Shown: in pieces, positions 58,913 to 64,000 of the stretch | Position numbering within the stretch: position 1 is the first letter of the stretch | Layout of the letters: every line of letters begins with the position of its first letter | Assembly (NCBI GenBank): GCA_964636585.1 | Contig: CAZWSP010000001.1 | Location: forward strand, 17,715-81,714 | Direction: 5' to 3' | From: an uncultured Antarcticibacterium sp. | Lineage (GTDB): Bacteria > Bacteroidota > Bacteroidia > Flavobacteriales > Flavobacteriaceae | Length of the DNA: 64,000 nt | Position numbers and translations under genes: made by a program | The notes under the pieces: model-generated | The model's input: the letters and a program-made list of their open reading frames with translations, nothing else | What the model was told of the DNA's origin: nothing | Databases searched by the model: none

Positions 58913-61900
58913 AATATCGCTTTACTTTGGCTTTATAAATTTGCCGCAAAGGTAAGCTTTGTCTGTTTAAAATTTCGGTAGAATTAAAATATTCTTTGGC
59001 CTTAAGATTTTGATCCTGAGTAGTGTTTTTGAAGTTTTCCAGGTTGGTTTTAGAAGTTCTTCTCTCTTCTTCTTCCTGTTCTCTAACCGCCTCTTCAAAT
59101 TGTAACAATTTGTGTTGGATCTGATTCATTCTGCTCAACGTTTGCCTATTGAACCCTTTCTCCAAAAGTTCCTTTTCAATACGTTCCATCTCACTCAATA
59201 ATCCTGCATTCCTTTTCTCTAATCCAGCTGCTTTTAACTTATCTTCCAATTGCTGCCTAAGTTGCTGTTGCTCTTTAAATATTTCAAACAACTTAGCACT
59301 TCCTTCTTCGTCCAGCTTTTTCTCACCTCTTCCATCTCCATCGCCATTCTCCTTCTCACCTTGTCCTTGTTTTTCTCCTTCCCCCTCCTCTGTTCCTTCT
59401 TCCATCTTCTTATTTAAACCTTCCTGAGCTTTTATAATATCTGGCAATTGCATGCCATCTCCTTCCCCTCCAGGCGACATACTAAGGTTTGCCATTTGTT
59501 CCATATTTCCCAATACATCACTTAACATATTGGCAAGCTCGTTGGTATTGGTCATCACATATTGCTGGCTAGCCATTCCTTGCGGAAGTTCGTTCTGCGC
59601 AAGACGTTCCAAGGCTTTATCTATGTCGTAAGAAATATTAGTGAGTTTTGTAGTGATCTCCTCATTCACCATAGGATTGTTCATAGCTAGAACGATCAAA
59701 CTATCATCTATATGCTGAAAATGCTCCTTCAGGACTTGCTGCGTTTTAAGGTTTTTAGGATACCCCGGATTGTTGATCCGAATCTCTCTAAATTTAATCA
59801 TAAGCGATTCCTGTTCGAAAGAGAAAACCATAAGATTGTCCAAAATTTGCCTCATAGAATCTATATTGGCATCCAATTGTTCTGCCTGAGCCCCAGCTTG
59901 CGTTTTCTTCATCTTCGCAGCCATTTCTTTCATTTTTGCTGCAGCTTTTTTCTGTGGAGATTTAGCCGCTTCCTTATTATTTTTCTCCAGTTGTTCCTCA
60001 GCCTTTTTTTGCTCTTCCTGTATTTCTTGCTCTGTCCCTTCTTCCCTATCAGATTTCATGGGTTTCTTTAAATCTTCATTTTCCTTTTCTAAAGAATTCA
60101 TTTCCTTTTTAAACTCTTCAAATTTTTCTGAAAGTTTCTTCTGTTCCTCTAAAAAATTATTAGAATCTTCTTTTGAAAGTTTCTCTTGTTCGTTTCCTAA
60201 TTTTTCAAGATCCCGGGCTAACTTTTGAGTTTTTTCTTGAACATAATAACGCTTGGTTAATTCCAGCAACTGCTCTAAATTTCGTTGTTCTGAAGTATTT
60301 TGTTTAGACAACTTTTCCAGTTTATCCATTAATTCTTCCTTGCCAATCTTGTCGGCATATTTCTGAAGTTCATCTCTTAGCGATTCGTTCTCCTCCAGCT
60401 TCTCCTCATTCCTATCCAACCTATCTTTTAATTGCTCCTTGATTTCCTCATTTTCCTTCGATCCCAGATCTTCTTCAAGCGTATTTTTAAGCTTTTCAGA
60501 ATAGTTCTTCATCATTTCAGTTTCCCGCTTTTGCCGCTCCAAAAACTCTTCTACCTTTTTCTTATCACTATAGTTCAATTCTGATTTCTGCTTCTGAATA
60601 TTTGAAAATTCTTCCAGATCCTGCTTAGAACGTTGCATTTCTTCTAGACTTTCAGAAATACTCTGAATGGCTTCACCTTGATCCTTAAGATTAGAATCCT
60701 CTTTTTCCTCTTTAGTTTGAATTCTGAAGTTAAACAACTCGCTTTTAGAAGATTTAGCACCTCTAACTCCATCATTATCAAATACTTCAAAGAATAAAGT
60801 ATAGTTTAAACCAGATTCCAGATCAAGATTTCCCGGAAAGGTGAAGAGAAATTCTCCAACATTCTGGCTTGTGACAGCAAGCTTCTTCGATTTCGAATCT
60901 TTATCGTTGTTTTCCGGGTAATAGACTACATTTAATTTTGTTATTCCGTGATCATCAGATACTTTTCCGAAGAAATAATGATTATCTATCACAACGCTAT
61001 CCTGCTTGTGCTGCACGCTAATTTCAGGAAATTGATCCCTTACCACATCTATGGAATAATTAAGCGATTCGTGGTTCTGTAAAGTTTCATTAGAGGTGTT
61101 TACAGAATAGGCTATAGGATTAAATATTCTATTTGATAAATTGAATTTGCTCTCCTTTTTCTGAAAGTTATAGGTGGTATCTGAAGTTATAAAGGAAACC
61201 TTATTTGTGGCTCTTGTATTCAAATGCCAAGTAATCCTAGTGCCTTCTGGAACTGAAGCATTTCCGGTTCCAGAGATCTTTTCGTTAACCTTGTTTAAAT
61301 AGCTTGGAAATTGCAATTCCATCTCAAAATCTAACAATTTAGGAACTGAAACTATATTAATTTTATAAGGTCTTGAGGTAACATTATTAGCGGTTAAATA
61401 AAATTCTACATCATCCTTTAAACCCTGAAATAAGTATTGAAAACTTGTAGCATCCATCTTCTTTAAAAAATATTCCTCATCGTTAAAATGAATAGCAACA
61501 TTTTCCGGGATCATTTTTCCAAGGGTTCTTACTTCCAAATTAAGATCTTTCCCTTCTTCTACTATTAGATCTTCCTGATTCAGAAGAAAAGAAAATGGCG
61601 CTGGTGGCTCATATGCGGTATTGTAATGCACCACCCGAGTATAACTTTCAGAAAAAATGGAAGAATTACCTGTCAGTAATACTGCGAGAATAATTATAAT
61701 CGGAAAAGCGGCATATTTTAAATAGCTAAAACTCGAATTAAAATTTACAGCCGCCTTAAAGGGAACCGGCGTTAGTTCTTTAGATTTTTGAGAAATGCTC
61801 GCTAACAATAAATCTGATTGCTGAGGAGAACTTTCCAGTTGAAGCACATTTAGCAACTTATCTTTCACTTCCGGAAAATGCTTCCCTATAATAATGGAAG

Positions 61901-62177
61901 CTTCAGCAAGATCTAATCCTTTAGAAAGTTTGAACAATTTAGCAAGTGGCCAGATAATAAACCTTGCGAACAACAGGGCCGAAACCAAAATAAAAACCCA
62001 AAACAAGATGCTTCTATAAGGTGGCGAGAGCCAAAAGAAATATTCTATAAACAGAATTACCAAGCTATAGAACAACCAAACCGACAGGAATAAAATGCTC
62101 CCTTTCAGCAATTCATTAGTATAATACTTTCGTATAAATGCTGTGAGTTTTTGTTTTATTACTTCGAATTCCTTCAT
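58893..62177 (-). CDS. Large membrane-anchored coiled-coil protein (DUF4175-like)
   Basis: Three N-terminal TM segments, beta-rich middle (DDHGI, EVFDNDG), about 600 aa of E/K/Q-rich coiled coil. Confidence 0.75.
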   Translation of the reverse strand: MKEFEVIKQKLTAFIRKYYTNELLKGSILFLSVWLFYSLVILFIEYFFWLSPPYRSILFWVFILVSALLFARFIIWPLAKLFKLSKGLDLAEASIIIGKHFPEVKDKLLNVLQLESSPQQSDLLLASISQKSKELTPVPFKAAVNFNSSFSYLKYAAFPIIIILAVLLTGNSSIFSESYTRVVHYNTAYEPPAPFSFLLNQEDLIVEEGKDLNLEVRTLGKMIPENVAIHFNDEEYFLKKMDATSFQYLFQGLKDDVEFYLTANNVTSRPYKINIVSVPKLLDFEMELQFPSYLNKVNEKISGTGNASVPEGTRITWHLNTRATNKVSFITSDTTYNFQKKESKFNLSNRIFNPIAYSVNTSNETLQNHESLNYSIDVVRDQFPEISVQHKQDSVVIDNHYFFGKVSDDHGITKLNVVYYPENNDKDSKSKKLAVTSQNVGEFLFTFPGNLDLESGLNYTLFFEVFDNDGVRGAKSSKSELFNFRIQTKEEKEDSNLKDQGEAIQSISESLEEMQRSKQDLEEFSNIQKQKSELNYSDKKKVEEFLERQKRETEMMKNYSEKLKNTLEEDLGSKENEEIKEQLKDRLDRNEEKLEENESLRDELQKYADKIGKEELMDKLEKLSKQNTSEQRNLEQLLELTKRYYVQEKTQKLARDLEKLGNEQEKLSKEDSNNFLEEQKKLSEKFEEFKKEMNSLEKENEDLKKPMKSDREEGTEQEIQEEQKKAEEQLEKNNKEAAKSPQKKAAAKMKEMAAKMKKTQAGAQAEQLDANIDSMRQILDNLMVFSFEQESLMIKFREIRINNPGYPKNLKTQQVLKEHFQHIDDSLIVLAMNNPMVNEEITTKLTNISYDIDKALERLAQNELPQGMASQQYVMTNTNELANMLSDVLGNMEQMANLSMSPGGEGDGMQLPDIIKAQEGLNKKMEEGTEEGEGEKQGQGEKENGDGDGRGEKKLDEEGSAKLFEIFKEQQQLRQQLEDKLKAAGLEKRNAGLLSEMERIEKELLEKGFNRQTLSRMNQIQHKLLQFEEAVREQEEEERRTSKTNLENFKNTTQDQNLKAKEYFNSTEILNRQSLPLRQIYKAKVKRYFESSEN

Positions 62178-62342
62178 TACTTCTCCCCTACTTTACCTGT
62201 TATTAAAACTACAAATTTCATTTAACTTATCATAAATGAGCAAAAAGCAATTTACTTTCAGAACTACTTTTAAAAATCAGGTTTTTAAATTGGTGGTAAT
62301 TCCTTTCAGAATCTCTTACCTTTGCGGCTAAAATTACAAATT

Positions 62343-63857
62343 ATGTCTGCTAAAGTACGAGTTCGTTTCGCGCCAAGTCCAACAGGACCTCTACACATTG
62401 GAGGAGTAAGAACTGCCCTATATAATTATTTATTTGCAAAAAAACATGGAGGAGATTTTCTTCTTAGAATTGAAGATACAGATCAGAACAGGTTTGTGGA
62501 AGGAGCCGAACAGTATATTATTGATGCTTTAAATTGGTGTGGGATCCCTTATGATGAAGGCCCAGGAAAAGACGGTGGTTTTGGCCCTTACCGACAAAGC
62601 GAGCGAGCAGATCTATATCATGAGTATGCAGAAAAATTAATTTCTGAAGGAAATGCGTATTACGCTTTTGATACTACAGAAGAATTGGATGCGCATAGAA
62701 CAGATCATGAAGCTAAAGGGAAAACCTTTATTTATAACTGGCATAATAGGTTAAAGCTTCAAAATTCTTTAGCGCTCTCTAAAGACGAAGTTCAGAAGAA
62801 ATTAGACGCAAAAGAGCCTTTTGTAATTCGATTTAAAACTCCAGAAGCTGAAACCTTGCACTTGGTAGATGAAATTCGAGGAAATATGGAAGTAGATTCC
62901 AGTATTTTGGATGATAAAGTGCTTTTTAAGAGCGATGGTTTGCCTACATATCATCTAGCAAACATTGTAGACGATCATTTAATGGAGATCACCCATGTAA
63001 TTCGTGGGGAAGAATGGTTACCGTCTCTAGCATTACATTATTTGCTTTATAGAGCTTTTAACTGGGAAGCGCCTAAATTCGCTCACTTACCATTGATCTT
63101 AAAACCACAAGGAAAAGGAAAGTTAAGCAAGCGAGATGGAGATAAAATGGGATTCCCTGTATTCCCATTGGAGTGGAAAGATCCAAAATCTGGCGAAATT
63201 TCTTCCGGGTATAGAGAAGAACATTACGATCCTAGAGCTGTGGTAAACATGCTAAGCTTTTTAGGATGGAATCCTGGAACAGAACAAGAATTTTTCGAAT
63301 TAGATGAATTGATAACTGCATTTGAGATCTCCAGAGTGCATAAATCTGGGGCAAAATTTGATCCAGAGAAAACAAAATGGTTCCAAGCTCATTATCTTCA
63401 AAAAACTGCTGATGCAGATCTGGCTTCAGAATTTATGAAGATCTTAGATCAAAAAGGAGTGCATGCAGAAATGGATTATACAACTGCTGTAATTTCTTTA
63501 TTGAAAGAACGCGCCGTATTTGTAACCGATTTTTGGGAATTAGGAAGCTATTTTTTTGTAGCACCAACTTCTTATGATGAAAAAGCATTGAAAAAAGCTT
63601 GGAAGGATGATACTTCAGAAATTATAGAAAAGCTTATTAGCTTAGTTTCTGAAACCTCAGATTTCACTAAAGATACTCTTCAAGATAAGATTAAAGGCTG
63701 GATAACCGACAATGAAATTGGTTTTGGAAAAGTGATGCAACCTTTTAGAATTGCCTTGGTAGGAAGCTTACAAGGACCAGATGTTTTTGAGATCGCTGCC
63801 GCTTTAGGAAAAGAAGAAACCATAAATAGACTAAGAGCATTATTGGCTAATCAATAA
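62343..63857 (+). CDS. gltX: Glutamate--tRNA ligase
   Basis: RFAPSPTG.LHIGG, LRIEDTD, RGEEW, KLSKR. -7 box tacctttg at 62317-62324. Confidence 0.97.
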   Translation: MSAKVRVRFAPSPTGPLHIGGVRTALYNYLFAKKHGGDFLLRIEDTDQNRFVEGAEQYIIDALNWCGIPYDEGPGKDGGFGPYRQSERADLYHEYAEKLISEGNAYYAFDTTEELDAHRTDHEAKGKTFIYNWHNRLKLQNSLALSKDEVQKKLDAKEPFVIRFKTPEAETLHLVDEIRGNMEVDSSILDDKVLFKSDGLPTYHLANIVDDHLMEITHVIRGEEWLPSLALHYLLYRAFNWEAPKFAHLPLILKPQGKGKLSKRDGDKMGFPVFPLEWKDPKSGEISSGYREEHYDPRAVVNMLSFLGWNPGTEQEFFELDELITAFEISRVHKSGAKFDPEKTKWFQAHYLQKTADADLASEFMKILDQKGVHAEMDYTTAVISLLKERAVFVTDFWELGSYFFVAPTSYDEKALKKAWKDDTSEIIEKLISLVSETSDFTKDTLQDKIKGWITDNEIGFGKVMQPFRIALVGSLQGPDVFEIAAALGKEETINRLRALLANQ

Positions 63858-63860
63858 TTT

Positions 63861-63998
63861 TTAGAAATAATATACCACTCCCGCGGTTGCCATTCCTAGA
63901 TGACCTTCTAGATCTGCAGCGCGGGAGTCTTTATTTACAAGCCCGGAATCGTTTAAAGCATTTAAAAAATTACTCACTCCATATTGGTACTGAAGCCA
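63861..63998 (-). CDS. C-terminal fragment of a probable outer-membrane beta-barrel protein (not in the ORF track)
   Basis: Open minus-strand frame from the window end: WLQYQYGVSNFLNALNDSGLVNKDSRAADLEGHLGMATAGVVYYF*. Terminal Phe in an alternating aromatic strand. Confidence 0.65.
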   Translation of the reverse strand, partial: WLQYQYGVSNFLNALNDSGLVNKDSRAADLEGHLGMATAGVVYYF

Positions 63999-64000
63999 CA

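Noticed and set aside
1262-60071. Many short antisense or overlapping ORFs in the track (e.g. 1262-1570, 4929-5411, 17011-17430, 20220-20624, 29687-30049, 49092-49322, 59712-60071)
   Set aside because: They shadow well-supported genes and show no recognisable motifs.
63877-63928. Long GC-rich inverted repeat (actcccgcg...cgcgggagt) after gltX as a terminator or REP
   Set aside because: It lies within an open minus-strand frame encoding a convincing beta-barrel C-terminus and has no U-tail. Probably coincidental, though a dual role is not excluded.
1-64000. CRISPR array, tRNA/rRNA, IS, prophage or defence island
   Set aside because: No regularly spaced repeats, RNA-gene signatures, transposase or integrase motifs were seen; gene content is core.

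Overview
A core-chromosome window (AT-rich) from a Flavobacteriaceae bacterium. The assignment rests on Bacteroidota TAnnTTTG promoter boxes, gldH and sprE/porW, and a split atp operon lacking atpD/atpC. About 58 genes are present, mostly on the minus strand and mostly housekeeping or envelope functions: acyl-ACP desaturase, scoAB, PBP1A, gldH, ricT, trhO, recA, an ECF sigma operon, trpS, dprA, envC, dut, atpBEFHAG, sprE, purD, an rmlCD/UXS/GT2 cluster, GH3, tatA, mltD, pgk, holB, mnmG, ybeY and gltX. I found no rRNA, tRNA, CRISPR, prophage or transposase. Five observations stand out. (1) A lipoprotein/ECF sigma/anti-sigma operon whose anti-sigma appears to run from the cytoplasm to a C-terminal outer-membrane beta-barrel. 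(2) An exact second copy of that operon's putative promoter (ACGCAACC-N14-GCATCT) on the opposite strand upstream of recA, pointing at an unannotated ~200-nt hairpin-containing unit with its own terminator. (3) A GH3 amidosynthetase paired with an AMP-nucleosidase-like protein inside a glycan operon. (4) Three parS sites near mnmG, two of them inside coding sequence, suggesting an origin-proximal region. (5) Nested GTCA-type palindromic repeats between scoA and scoB and after atpG. All family assignments are from motif recognition by eye; no database searches were run.
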